Shown piece after piece: positions 37,701-46,944 of a stretch of DNA of 64,000 bases (positions within the stretch are counted from its first letter, which is position 1; each line of letters opens with the position of its first letter). The stretch spans positions 128,001-192,000 of the forward strand of contig JBFMHR010000004.1 in NCBI GenBank assembly GCA_040751795.1. Reading direction: 5' to 3'. The notes under the pieces are model-generated. The model was given only the letters and a program-made list of their open reading frames with translations. It was not told the origin of the DNA and did no database searches. A program made the translations under genes and the position numbers. The stretch is from Thermoplasmatota archaeon (GTDB taxonomy: Archaea > Thermoplasmatota > Thermoplasmata > UBA10834).

Positions 37701-39168
37701 AGTTCGAGCTCGCCATCGGGCCGTATATGTCGAACAGCACGCTGACGCACTCCGTGTAGCCCGTGAAGCTCCAGCCGAGCTCGAGCATCTGGTAGTCGAA
37801 CGCCGTCAGCTTCGCCACGAGGGTGTTGAAGTCGATCGGCTTCGCCTCGACGTTGATGCCGGCCGCCCTCATGTTGGTGGACAGCATCTCCCCCGCCTTG
37901 ATCCTGATCGGGTCGTAGTCCGCGGGCGGGGTCATCAGGGTGATCTTGTCCATCAGGCTGCCGTCGGGCATGTCCCTCCAGCCGTCCCCGTTGGAGTCGA
38001 TGTACCCTGCGTCGTCGAGCAGGTCGTTGGCGATGTCCATGTCGAAGGCGTACTTGGTGACCGCCGGGTTGTGCCACTCGCCGAAGAACGGCGAGACGGC
38101 CGCGGAGCCGGGCGTGCCGAAGCCGCCCATGTACACGTCGACGATCTGGTCCTTGTCTATCAGGTGCGAGACCGCCTTCCTGAAGGTCAGGTTGTTCATG
38201 GGCTCCTTCTTCATGTTGAACGCCAGGTAGAAGTAGCCTGCGTCGGACATGTACTCGAGCTGGATGTTCGGGTCGCTCTGGAGCGACGGGACACGGCCCG
38301 CCGTCACGGCCCAGGCGATGTAGTCGACGTCGCCGCCCTGGAGCGCCAGTATGGCGGTGTCGATGCTCGTGTAGATCTTGTAGTACACCTTGTCGAGCAC
38401 CTTCGGGAACAGGGGCATGCCCGCCGGGCTCATCTCGTCCTTGCCCCAGTAGTCGGGGAAGGTCGCGATGACCCTGTGGGAGTTGTCCACGCCGCTGTCG
38501 TACATGAACGCGCCGGTGCCGATGAGCATGAGCGGGTCGCTCACGGTCACGATGACCTTGTCGTCGACGTCGGTGAACCCGAGCCCGCTGATGTCGTCGT
38601 CCCATATCGCCTGCGGGACGATCGGCACGGAGAGCGTGCTCGAGAAGAACTGACCGTATGGCCTTGCCATTATGAACCTCACGGTCTCGTCGTCCACCCG
38701 GATGACGCTCGCGTCGAACTCGGCTGTGTCGACCGACCCGTCCTCGTCGATGTCGAACGCCTGCACGATCCTGTCCGAGTAGGTCGTGCCGTCCCTGGCC
38801 ATCCTGTAGGAGTAGATGACGTCGTCCACGGTCATCGTAGTCCCGTCATGGAACAGCACATCCTGTCTCACGGAGACGTCCACCGTCAGGGTGTCCTCGT
38901 CGAAGGTCCACCCGGTCGCCAGCAGCGGGAACGTGCTCAGATCGTAGTCAGTGGATGCAAGACCCTCGTAACAGTAGCTTATCACGTGGGCCTTCCATAC
39001 GCTGTTCGATCCGAGGTTGTAGTTGTTGAAGTCCGTCAGATCCGCCTGCATGGCAATATAGAAGACGTCTTCCTCTGCCGCCGCCGCTGCCGCCGGCGTC
39101 GCTACCGCGAACGCCGACAGAACGGTGACGAGCATCGCAAATCCTGCTATAATTGCCCTGTGTTTCAT
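34774..39168 (-). CDS. oppA: Family-5 solute-binding protein fused to Ig-like domains and a C-terminal TM anchor
   Basis: Signal peptide; FHDG..TVDDV, IGTGAF, FRKAVSHLIDK, D.NGDGWR; ~800 aa of TDAAG-type Ig repeats; TM followed by KMRK. Confidence 0.88.
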   Translation of the reverse strand: MKHRAIIAGFAMLVTVLSAFAVATPAAAAAAEEDVFYIAMQADLTDFNNYNLGSNSVWKAHVISYCYEGLASTDYDLSTFPLLATGWTFDEDTLTVDVSVRQDVLFHDGTTMTVDDVIYSYRMARDGTTYSDRIVQAFDIDEDGSVDTAEFDASVIRVDDETVRFIMARPYGQFFSSTLSVPIVPQAIWDDDISGLGFTDVDDKVIVTVSDPLMLIGTGAFMYDSGVDNSHRVIATFPDYWGKDEMSPAGMPLFPKVLDKVYYKIYTSIDTAILALQGGDVDYIAWAVTAGRVPSLQSDPNIQLEYMSDAGYFYLAFNMKKEPMNNLTFRKAVSHLIDKDQIVDVYMGGFGTPGSAAVSPFFGEWHNPAVTKYAFDMDIANDLLDDAGYIDSNGDGWRDMPDGSLMDKITLMTPPADYDPIRIKAGEMLSTNMRAAGINVEAKPIDFNTLVAKLTAFDYQMLELGWSFTGYTECVSVLFDIYGPMASSNSWAFWSPTHENPWYAELGGVSTLADEATIALADEFFEIEQDARASFITADQIDLTKQGQEIIAQAIPCNVLYYRVNVEAHNRAWTNWTQFDGTLMNGFNLAMLDYAGAGETSGGGAVTDVSAGLTLPGKVRSGETVEATVVVIDNLGDVVEGATVAVNVTGGGVTVAPASGTTDAAGVFTFDVTGTEIGESTVRADVTMGTSSDSDSAMIRTYTKGGLGVVVTPDQTSVVAGETIDVTCFVGNADGPVEGAEVMIDKYLLGYGTIDPEIATTGADGTVVMQYTAPEADLLNQHMLVSISASVSMEGYLYTNVASAGLVVYNDDAPDWMLVSVDSVTTTALSPTTDSATITVSLTDVEGTAIGSETLDVVYSDEAMVVSPDFEITTAADGTADLTVTMDDTGASGALRVTIGKLTEPNVIEDTVTFTYVDPADPPAAPMFGGYAQYATSKFIDALGSVDLTFHVFDSDGVAADGVTGSVLVAATDYGQMTDWSGSEYNTLWDYAGMNILTDADGVNIVSAGSYSAPEYLDGWVWDDDVGDYVALDAQGVDIVAGVYDMTIEGVDLAHLDQALMVYLCPDSTADFDWNTYNHVIMGQTTISSSYGYGRSMAFTAVRWEIADPVLQAKTSDFDTTTLDMWVYDENNDLVEGAEAAAYQANWRYFGLSPDSTIATGADGAAEWEIICAAYNTTSGEYDIPVYETVPILYMRAYVDGTISLLSQTKLVFEPIVRVAFGSFEAVVTPQPLGFVSTVTATVVDLNGDPVAGLPVTIATSGGMAFNAEAVTADDGTVTFALDTSEVSDVAAAFVAVELTTEGTYEASGARAMVAMVNKAPTVAVAVPADDQEVAGTNATVLGSVYDMNGLSEATLTVDGGTPIDLLDEAGATVVAIEEVLEDLAEGEHTVVVSATDSLGQESEVSVTFTLVAEEEAETDMLPWIVAIAMLVVAVVLAVLLLMKMRKPAAPAEEAEAPEEKPEA

Positions 39169-39394
39169 TCCTCTCTCATCCTCCGTTGTTGCCCCCAAAT
39201 CTACGGGGAGAATCTAGGCCCTACAAACGCTTTCACGGATATATCAATTTTGTTGGGCGCGCGCGCGAGTGACTGGATATATATACGCTCAGCGATGTTA
39301 AAATGGTCGGGTGTCCACTGACCGCGGGCCCCCGTCAGGACCCCCCTCCGCGCCCCCGCAGGGGGGCCGGCCTCCCCGCCCCAGGTTCGCCGTC

Positions 39395-39580
39395 TCACGC
39401 GCCTTCCCGGGCGGCCCTCTCGACCGACCGGGGGTCGGCGCAGTTCCACTCCCCGCAGAAGGGGCAGCGGGACTGGTTGTCGTCAAGGTCGATGTCCTCG
39501 ACCCTGCCCTCGTAGGTCACGTCCGCGGGGTAGGCGTTCCTGCACTTCCTGCAGACGTACTCGAGCTCCACCTTGGGCAT
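39395..39580 (-). CDS. Small zinc-finger protein (61 aa)
   Basis: MPKVELEYVCRKC..RCPFCG; TTTATG box upstream; host codon bias. Confidence 0.7.
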   Translation of the reverse strand: MPKVELEYVCRKCRNAYPADVTYEGRVEDIDLDDNQSRCPFCGEWNCADPRSVERAAREGA

Positions 39581-39693
39581 CGGGGCTCCGAGCCCCCTCA
39601 TCGGCCATAAACCTATACCGGCACATGTCCGGCCCCCGCCCCGAAGTTTAATCACCGGAGAGCCCGTTACCCGGCTTGGAGCGTGGACTGGCG

Positions 39694-40761
39694 ATGGCAG
39701 GGGAGGCGGTCGGGAAGGCGCTGCGCGAGGTGTCGGCCTCGGGCAGCCACTACAACATCGGTTCATCGATCGGGAAGCAGTGCAGGGACCAGGCCCTCAG
39801 GACCCAGAAGAGGTTCAAGGCCGCCCTCGACCGCACGCCCGGGATGACAGCCGAGAAGGCCAAGGCGGCCGGGAGGCTGAGCCTCCCCATCAGCAGGGAG
39901 TTCTGCCCCGAGTACGTCGAGGAGATGGAGGGGTACGCGGACGGCGCCGGGGTCGACTTCGACCTCCTCTACGCGGCGTTCAGCGACCTCCCCCTGGGCG
40001 GGGGGAAGGGGTGCACCGACATAGCGGTGAACGCGCAGTGGACCAAGGACGACGTCGTGTTCGCGGCCCACAACGAGGACCTGGAGCCCTACAACTACTC
40101 GGAGCTGTGCATCGTGAGGGTGTCGCCCAAGGACGGCCCCGGGCACATCGGCGTGAGCTACGGCGGCATCTACCCGACGGTCGGCATGAACTCGGCGGGC
40201 ATCAGCCTGACGGGGAACGCCCTGGTCCCGAACGACACCCGGACCGGGATCCCCAAGGTGTTCCCGGTCAGGAAGGTCCTGATGGCGAAGGGGCTCAACG
40301 ACGCCCTGACGTGGTCCATGCCCCCGGGGAGGGGGCACAGCTTCAACAACATCGTGTGCGACGCGAACGGGGAGATATACAGCATGGAGGGCTCGGCGAC
40401 CGAGTTCGACGCCCTCTACGGGCACGAGGGGTACCTCGTGCACACGAACCACTACCTCTCGCCGAGGATGTGGCGGTTCGAGGCGGACCTCCACACCCGG
40501 ATGTCGTCGATCATTAGGTACAACAGGGCCTCGAAACTGTTCAAGAGGCACCTCGGCCAGGTCGACGTCACGGCCTTCAAGGAGGTCTTCTCGGACCACG
40601 TGGGCTTCCCGGAGTCGATATGCAGGCACCCCGACCCGAGGCTGGGGGAGGAGGAGCAGGCCGCGACCATATTCTCGGCGGTCTTCGACCTCACCAGGAA
40701 GGCGATGTGGGCCTGCGCGGGGAACCCGTGCGAGGGGGAGTACAGGAAGTACGAGCTCTGA
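39694..40761 (+). CDS. Peptidase C45 family (Ntn hydrolase, isopenicillin-N acyltransferase-like)
   Basis: G|CT autocleavage site, AHNED, GMNSAG, HTNHY, SICRH, GNPC. Confidence 0.88.
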   Translation: MAGEAVGKALREVSASGSHYNIGSSIGKQCRDQALRTQKRFKAALDRTPGMTAEKAKAAGRLSLPISREFCPEYVEEMEGYADGAGVDFDLLYAAFSDLPLGGGKGCTDIAVNAQWTKDDVVFAAHNEDLEPYNYSELCIVRVSPKDGPGHIGVSYGGIYPTVGMNSAGISLTGNALVPNDTRTGIPKVFPVRKVLMAKGLNDALTWSMPPGRGHSFNNIVCDANGEIYSMEGSATEFDALYGHEGYLVHTNHYLSPRMWRFEADLHTRMSSIIRYNRASKLFKRHLGQVDVTAFKEVFSDHVGFPESICRHPDPRLGEEEQAATIFSAVFDLTRKAMWACAGNPCEGEYRKYEL

Positions 40762-40767
40762 GCCCCG

Positions 40768-42414
40768 TCAGGGGTACCGGTGCCTCAGCACCTCCCCCGC
40801 CCTGGCCTTCGTCTGCCTGCCCTTGTCCACCGCGAGCTCGCCGTTCACCACGACGTAGGGTATGCCCTCGGGGTACCTGTGGGGCCAGTTCTCGTAGGGA
40901 TACCCGTGGGGCCACCTGTTGGTGGCCCTGTCCTTGACCCTCGGCAGGTCTATGATTGCGATGTCGGCCCTCATCCCGGGCCTGAGGAGGCCCCTGTCGA
41001 GCAGCCCGATCTTCTGCGCGGGGAAGCTCGTCATCTTGCGGATGCACTCCTGCAGCGTGAATATCGGCTCGTCCCTCACGTACCTCTGTATTATCCCCGG
41101 GTACTCCCCGAAGGCGCAGGGGATGTACGGCGGCGGGTCTGTCATCGGCCCCTCGGTCGACCACGTCGAGCAGTCGGACGAGACCATCATGAGGGGGTGG
41201 ACCATCAGCGCCGCGATGTCGTCCTCGCTTATGTAGTCGAATATCGCGATGACCTCGTCGTCCTCCTCGACCATGATGTCGAAGTAGGTGTCGAACGGGT
41301 CCTTCCTCCTCGCCAGCGCGACCTGGGCGACGGTCTTCCCCTCGAGCTCCCTGTGCTTCGGGCAGTGCATGAGGAAGATCCTGTCGAAGGCCCCGTGCTT
41401 CAGCAGCCCCGACGGCCCGAAGGCCGGGAGCCGGTCCTCGATTATCTCCGCCCTGATCCTCGCCCTGTTCGCGGGGTCGGACACGTGGGCCATCCTGTCC
41501 TTCTTCTCCATCTCGTGCAGGTACTGCGGGAGGGCCCCGCTGAGGTTGGGGGCGAGGTCGGTGTGCATGTCGTTGTCTATGGTGACGTCGAGGCCGCGCC
41601 TCATGGCGTCCTCCACGAGGCCCAGGGTCTCCCCGGTCCTGCCCCACGCCCCGTACTTGGGGCAGTTGTGGGATATCTGCACCCTGGCGCCGCTCCTCTC
41701 GCCTATGAGTATGGCCTCCTTGATGGCCTCGGCGATGGTCTCCCTCTCGCCCCTGATGTGCGAAGTGTACATGCCCCCGTGCTTGGCGACCACCTTGCAC
41801 AGTTCGACGATCTCGTCGGTCTTCCCGAAGCAGCTCGGGGGGTACACCAGGCCCGTGGACATGCCGAACGCCCCGGAGGTCATGGCCTCCTCCACCAGCC
41901 CCTTCATGTCCCTGAGCTGGGCCTTCGAGGGCTCGCCCCTGTCGGCGCCCATGACGGCGGTCCTGACGGCGCCGTGCCCGACCAGCGCAGCGATGTTGTG
42001 GCCGACCCCGCTCCTCTCGAGGGTGCGCAGGTACTGGCCGAAGGTGCGCCATGCGGGCCTGCTCATCTTCCCGGCCCACTCGCCCCAGTACCTCATCATC
42101 AGCTCGACGTTCGGCTCCCTGAGGGGGGCGACGGACGAGCCGCAGTTGCCTATCAGGTGCGTGGTCACGCCCTGCCTGACCGTGCTGTCGCAGCCCGGGA
42201 AGACGAGTGCCGTGAGGTCGGAGTGGGTGTGTATGTCGATGAAGCCGGGGCAGACGTAGAGCCCCTTCGCCTGGACGGACCTGGCGCAGTCGCCCTTCTC
42301 TATCCTGCCGATCTTGGCGATCCTCTTCCCCGATACGCCTATGTCCGCCCTGTACCAGGGGTTGCCCGCGCCGTCGACCACATGCCCGCCGAGGATGCCC
42401 AAGTCGTACTTCAT
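40768..42414 (-). CDS. N-acyl-D-amino-acid deacylase (D-aminoacylase)
   Basis: VVDGAG, PGFIDIHTHSD, GNCG, STGLVYPP, SHIRGE, RKMTSFPA, DRGLLRPG. Confidence 0.9.
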   Translation of the reverse strand: MKYDLGILGGHVVDGAGNPWYRADIGVSGKRIAKIGRIEKGDCARSVQAKGLYVCPGFIDIHTHSDLTALVFPGCDSTVRQGVTTHLIGNCGSSVAPLREPNVELMMRYWGEWAGKMSRPAWRTFGQYLRTLERSGVGHNIAALVGHGAVRTAVMGADRGEPSKAQLRDMKGLVEEAMTSGAFGMSTGLVYPPSCFGKTDEIVELCKVVAKHGGMYTSHIRGERETIAEAIKEAILIGERSGARVQISHNCPKYGAWGRTGETLGLVEDAMRRGLDVTIDNDMHTDLAPNLSGALPQYLHEMEKKDRMAHVSDPANRARIRAEIIEDRLPAFGPSGLLKHGAFDRIFLMHCPKHRELEGKTVAQVALARRKDPFDTYFDIMVEEDDEVIAIFDYISEDDIAALMVHPLMMVSSDCSTWSTEGPMTDPPPYIPCAFGEYPGIIQRYVRDEPIFTLQECIRKMTSFPAQKIGLLDRGLLRPGMRADIAIIDLPRVKDRATNRWPHGYPYENWPHRYPEGIPYVVVNGELAVDKGRQTKARAGEVLRHRYP

Positions 42415-42470
42415 CGGAGTCCCCGTGCCCCGTATGCTGCGGGCCGTATTAGAGCCATTTCCCCGACGCG

Positions 42471-43718
42471 TCAGAACAGGTGGAGGAGCGTCCCCGACCA
42501 TATCTTCGGGAAGAAGTAGGTCGACTTCTGGGGCATCTTCTCCCCGGAGGAGGCGACCTCCATCACCTGGGCGGGGGTCGGGGGCTTGACGAAGAAGCAG
42601 GCCTGGTGCTCCCCCGAGGCCATGGCCGCCAGGGAGGCGTCGGTGCCCTTGACGTACTCTATGCCGACCTTCCCGTCGAGCATCTCCTGGGTGTAGCCGA
42701 GCATGCCCTTGAGCACCCTCTCCTGGAGGACCTGCACCGAGAGCCTCCCGAGCGGGTCGGCGGCCTCCTCCCTGGGGGTCGCGAGGACTGCGAGGCCGCT
42801 GCCCGGCGCCCACGCCCCGACCGCGTCCGGACGGGCCTGGGCGAGCGCGTCCGCGACCCCCTCGGGCCCCTCCTGGTCGGCGAGGTCGAAGGCCTCCCCG
42901 AGCTTGGCCCTGAGCCCGCCGAGGGCGGCGCCGTCCAGGCCGCGCACCAGCCTGTGGGTGGGGTAGATCACGAGGCCGGGGTTCCTGAAGCTGATGAGCG
43001 TGGCCATGATGAAGTCGTAGGGCATCTCCCCGTCGGGGCGCTCCTCCGCCCTCCTCGTGTCCCTGTACCTGAGGGCGGTCTCGTACCTGTGGTGGCCGTC
43101 CGCGATGAGCAGCCTGAGGGGCGCCAGCAGGGAGGAGATCCTCTCGACGTGCGCCCTCTCGCCGACCTTGAGGATCCTGTGATGAACCCCCTCCGGGTCG
43201 ACGAACCTGAGCTCCTCCCCGCGCTTCCTTAGCTCGAGGATGAGCCTCTCCAGATCGCCCGAGGGGTCGTCGTAGAGCATGAAGACCTGCTCGGCCTGGC
43301 CCCTGACGGCCTGCATGAGGGCGAGCCGGTCCGCCTTGTGCTTGGGGATGGTCCTCTCGTGCGGGAGCACCACCCCCTTCGAGAAGTCCTCGAGCCTGAC
43401 GAGGCCTATGATCCCTGTGCGCACCACGGGCGCCCCGTCCGGTGACTCGAACGTCTGCTCGTACAGGTAGAACGCGTCGTCCCCGTCGGCGACGAGGACC
43501 CCGTCGTCGAGCCAGGTGCGGAGGCGCTTCGCCGCCGTCGCGTAGGAGTCGCCCTCGTCCCCGAGCGTCACGTGGGTGATGTTCAGCCGGTCCTCCTTCA
43601 GGGCCTTCTCCGCGGGGCCGTCTATGACGTCGTAGGGCGGGGCCACGAACCTGGTGACGTCCTGGCCGAACCTGGACGTGTTGTAGCGGACGGCCTTGAA
43701 CGGGACGACCTTGGCCAA
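42471..43718 (-). CDS. DUF1015 family protein
   Basis: PFKAVRY, APPYDVI, PHERT, IADGHHRY, MPQKSTYFFPK; TTG start. Confidence 0.9.
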   Translation of the reverse strand: MAKVVPFKAVRYNTSRFGQDVTRFVAPPYDVIDGPAEKALKEDRLNITHVTLGDEGDSYATAAKRLRTWLDDGVLVADGDDAFYLYEQTFESPDGAPVVRTGIIGLVRLEDFSKGVVLPHERTIPKHKADRLALMQAVRGQAEQVFMLYDDPSGDLERLILELRKRGEELRFVDPEGVHHRILKVGERAHVERISSLLAPLRLLIADGHHRYETALRYRDTRRAEERPDGEMPYDFIMATLISFRNPGLVIYPTHRLVRGLDGAALGGLRAKLGEAFDLADQEGPEGVADALAQARPDAVGAWAPGSGLAVLATPREEAADPLGRLSVQVLQERVLKGMLGYTQEMLDGKVGIEYVKGTDASLAAMASGEHQACFFVKPPTPAQVMEVASSGEKMPQKSTYFFPKIWSGTLLHLF

Positions 43719-43783
43719 CGAGGCAGCTCTCCTGGAGGGCCTTGATGCGGCCCGCGCATCAAAAAGGTTGGCCTCTTCCAGGC

Positions 43784-44272
43784 TCAGCCTTCCAGTATGG
43801 GAACATAGCCGAACCACGAGCCGTCGTTCTCGAGGTAGTGGAGGTTCTCCTGGAGGAGGCGGAGGTGCTCGCGCTCCATCCTCTCGAGCCTCCCGAAGAC
43901 CTCCTTCACCCCCGGCCCCGCGGCCGAGGCGTTCTCGGAGTAGTACTCTATGGAGCGCTCCTCGGTCCTGATCCCCAGCTTGATGGCGGATATGGAGTCC
44001 TTCACGGTCAGCTTCTTCTTCCTGCCTCCCTCGGGGAAGATCTTCGCCAGGCCTTTCTCGAGGTCCTTCTTCGCAGGGGCCTCAGCCTTGCCGCCGAGGG
44101 CCTGGAGCTGCCTGGTGAGTATAGCCGCGTGCTCCTCCTCGTCCGAGGCGAGGCTTGCCATTAGGGCCTTGGCCTCCTTGTCGGCCACGAGCTCCTTGAA
44201 CCTGAGGTAGTACTCCGCCCCGAACTTCTCGAACTCCACAGCTGCCGAGATAACCTTCCTCGCGTCGGCCAT
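43784..44272 (-). CDS. Ferritin-like / rubrerythrin family protein
   Basis: E..Y and EEEH; E..Y and EREH diiron pattern. Confidence 0.85.
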   Translation of the reverse strand: MADARKVISAAVEFEKFGAEYYLRFKELVADKEAKALMASLASDEEEHAAILTRQLQALGGKAEAPAKKDLEKGLAKIFPEGGRKKKLTVKDSISAIKLGIRTEERSIEYYSENASAAGPGVKEVFGRLERMEREHLRLLQENLHYLENDGSWFGYVPILEG

Positions 44273-44409
44273 CCGAATCCTCCGACTCGGAGTCGGTCGG
44301 TCGATAGATAACGGTTGCGCCGTATCCGGCCCGGGCGGAGGCCAGTCGGCCGCGGGGCCCCGCCTCCCCCTGGGCGGCCCTGAATAGCGTTTTAATAGCG
44401 GCGAAGTCT

Positions 44410-46941
44410 ATGCCTGCCGGGGAGCGCCGGGCGAGGGAATTGGCACGGAGCAGGCGCCGGTCCGGTCCCCGAGTGGTATGTCGCTTGTCGGGCTCGAAAC
44501 CGGCCTCATCGTCGCGTGAGGACCCGCAGGGGTCCATCGGCAGGGACGTCGTGTCGCGGATACACAAGGTGCTGGAGGCCGTGATGAGCAACAAGCCCAT
44601 CGAGGACGTCGTGAGGGCGACGGTGTCCACGATGCAGGCCGCCTTCGGGCTCCGCGGCCTCAGGTTCGTCGCCCACACCCAGGAGCTGGGCGCCGTCCAG
44701 GCGGCGGTGGAGAGGGATGGCCAGCGGGCGCCCGAACCGCCGCACCTGCGGGAGGGCGACCGCGTGTCGCCCAACGGCTACTTCACCCGCGCCGAGGACA
44801 TGCTCAGGTCCTTCGGGGGCGAGGCCTCGGACCCCGTGGCCCTCTGGCGCGAGGACGACTCACTCAGGTTCGTGATAAGGGGCCGCTCGGGCGAGGCCGT
44901 CGCATGCATCCACGCGTCGGGCACGCAGTCCGGGAGGCTGCCGTCGATGGCCGACGTCGAGTGCGCGGACCTCCTGACCCAGCTGATAGGGCTCGCTCTC
45001 CACAAGGAGCAGGAGCGCGCGGAGAGGGAGAGCAAGTCGTCGAGCATCGTCAGGAGGAGCGACCTGCTCGAGGACATCCTCAGGATCGCGTCGTCGGTCG
45101 TCTCGGAGAGGGACCTGGGGAAGGTCTCGGAGATGGTGCTGTCGTCGGTGTCGTCGCTCTTCGGCTTCGAGAGGGTCACCCTCGTGACCTACGACGAGGG
45201 GGCCGCCGCGTTCAAGTGGACGGCGCTGTTCGGCTACCCCGAGGACGCCGCCAGGAAGACCCGGCTCAGGACCATCCCGACGGAGGTCGTCCTCGAGGAC
45301 CTCAGGGAGAGCCGCAGGATCGCCAAGACGGTCTACTTCACGCCGGTCGAGGACCTGCCCAGGCGGAACATAGAGTACTTCGTCAACCCGGCCGAGTACG
45401 AGCGCGCCCCCGAGGACCCGCGCCCGAGGTCGCAGGGGGAGTTCAGGGAGGGCGACACCCTCGCCTTCGCCCTCCACGACTCCACGGGGAGGGTGGTCGG
45501 CGTCATATACACCTCGAAGCCGAAGGACGGGAAGGTCCCGGACAGGGAGACCCTCGACATGGTGGAGGTCTTCACCTACCTCGCCGAGGTGGCCATAGAG
45601 AACGCCAGGCTGGCTCACGACAGGGAGCAGGCCCTCAGGCTCAGCAGCCTGCGCATGGAGCAGATGTCCAGGATATTCGAGATCACATCGAACGTGCTCT
45701 ACCTGCGCGACATGGACGAGCTACTGCACGACGTCCTCAAGACCCTCGCGCAGCTCCTCGGCATAAGGAGGATGGTCCTCGGCCTGAGGTCCGAGGACGG
45801 CTCCGTGTTCAACGTCAGGGCCGTGTACGGCTTCACCGACGAGCGCGCCGCGGAGATAAGGAGGTACAGCTACCCGTACGAGAGCGTCGACCAGATCATC
45901 AACCCGGAGAAGTACAAGACCTCGAGCAGGCCGGTGAAGTGGAGCAAGAAGGTCGGCAGCATGACCTACTACATGCCCGCCGAGAGCCTGAAGCTCGAGA
46001 CCTGGGAGATGGTGTACTACCCCGACCCGGAGCTCCTGAGGCTCCCGAGGAGGACCAAGGAGCACTGGCACGAGATCGACTACATGGACACCTACATCAG
46101 GGACAGCGAGGGCTCCGTCGTCGCGTACATCGAGATACTGAAGCCCAGGGACGACCGCATCCCCGACCAGGAGACCATAGAGGTCATAGAGATCTTCGCG
46201 AGCCTCGTGGGGATAGCCCTCGAGAACTCGCGCATGGTCCAGGGGCACATAGAGAGCAGGAGGAACGCGGAGTTCTACACGGACCTCCTCTCTCACGACA
46301 TCAAGAACTTCAACCAGGCGATCATGGGCTACCTCGACCTCATCAAGGCCGGCCTCACCCGGCCGGACCAGGTCACCTACATCGAGAAGGTGAACGAGCA
46401 GGTCATGAACATCAACAGGCTCGCCGCGGACGTGAGGACCATGTCCAGGCTGACCTGGGGCGGGTCGAAGCTGGTGCAGGTCGACCTCGGGAGGACGCTC
46501 CTGGACGCCATGGCCGGGGTGCAGCAGTACTACCTCTCGCGCAACATCGCCTTCCACCACGCTGTCGAGGTCGGGCACCACCACGTGATGGCCGACGAGC
46601 TGGTCAGGGAGCTCTTCGTCAACATACTCACCAACGCGGTCAAGTACGACCCGGGCAACCCCGTGGAGGTCGACGTCTCCATGGAGAGGGTCGAGGGGAA
46701 GATCGGGCACAGGCTCCTCGTCTCCATCGCCGACCACGGCAGGGGGGTCCCGGACGACCTCAAGGAGGAGATCTTCGAGAGGTTCAACAAGGCCCCCAAG
46801 AAGAAGGGGACGGGCCTCGGCCTGCACATCGTCAGGACGCTGGCCAACAGGTACCACGGGAGGGCATGGGTCGAGGACAGGGTCCCGGGGGACCACTCCA
46901 AGGGCGCCGTGTTCAAGGTCGAGCTGCCCTCGGTCGACTGA
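44410..46941 (+). CDS. Multi-GAF sensor histidine kinase
   Basis: Repeated GAF-like units ending AIENA/ALENS; H-box SHDIKN, NAVKY, DHGRG, GTGLGL; start uncertain (TTG 44485 possible). Confidence 0.9.
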   Translation: MPAGERRARELARSRRRSGPRVVCRLSGSKPASSSREDPQGSIGRDVVSRIHKVLEAVMSNKPIEDVVRATVSTMQAAFGLRGLRFVAHTQELGAVQAAVERDGQRAPEPPHLREGDRVSPNGYFTRAEDMLRSFGGEASDPVALWREDDSLRFVIRGRSGEAVACIHASGTQSGRLPSMADVECADLLTQLIGLALHKEQERAERESKSSSIVRRSDLLEDILRIASSVVSERDLGKVSEMVLSSVSSLFGFERVTLVTYDEGAAAFKWTALFGYPEDAARKTRLRTIPTEVVLEDLRESRRIAKTVYFTPVEDLPRRNIEYFVNPAEYERAPEDPRPRSQGEFREGDTLAFALHDSTGRVVGVIYTSKPKDGKVPDRETLDMVEVFTYLAEVAIENARLAHDREQALRLSSLRMEQMSRIFEITSNVLYLRDMDELLHDVLKTLAQLLGIRRMVLGLRSEDGSVFNVRAVYGFTDERAAEIRRYSYPYESVDQIINPEKYKTSSRPVKWSKKVGSMTYYMPAESLKLETWEMVYYPDPELLRLPRRTKEHWHEIDYMDTYIRDSEGSVVAYIEILKPRDDRIPDQETIEVIEIFASLVGIALENSRMVQGHIESRRNAEFYTDLLSHDIKNFNQAIMGYLDLIKAGLTRPDQVTYIEKVNEQVMNINRLAADVRTMSRLTWGGSKLVQVDLGRTLLDAMAGVQQYYLSRNIAFHHAVEVGHHHVMADELVRELFVNILTNAVKYDPGNPVEVDVSMERVEGKIGHRLLVSIADHGRGVPDDLKEEIFERFNKAPKKKGTGLGLHIVRTLANRYHGRAWVEDRVPGDHSKGAVFKVELPSVD

Positions 46942-46944
46942 GGC

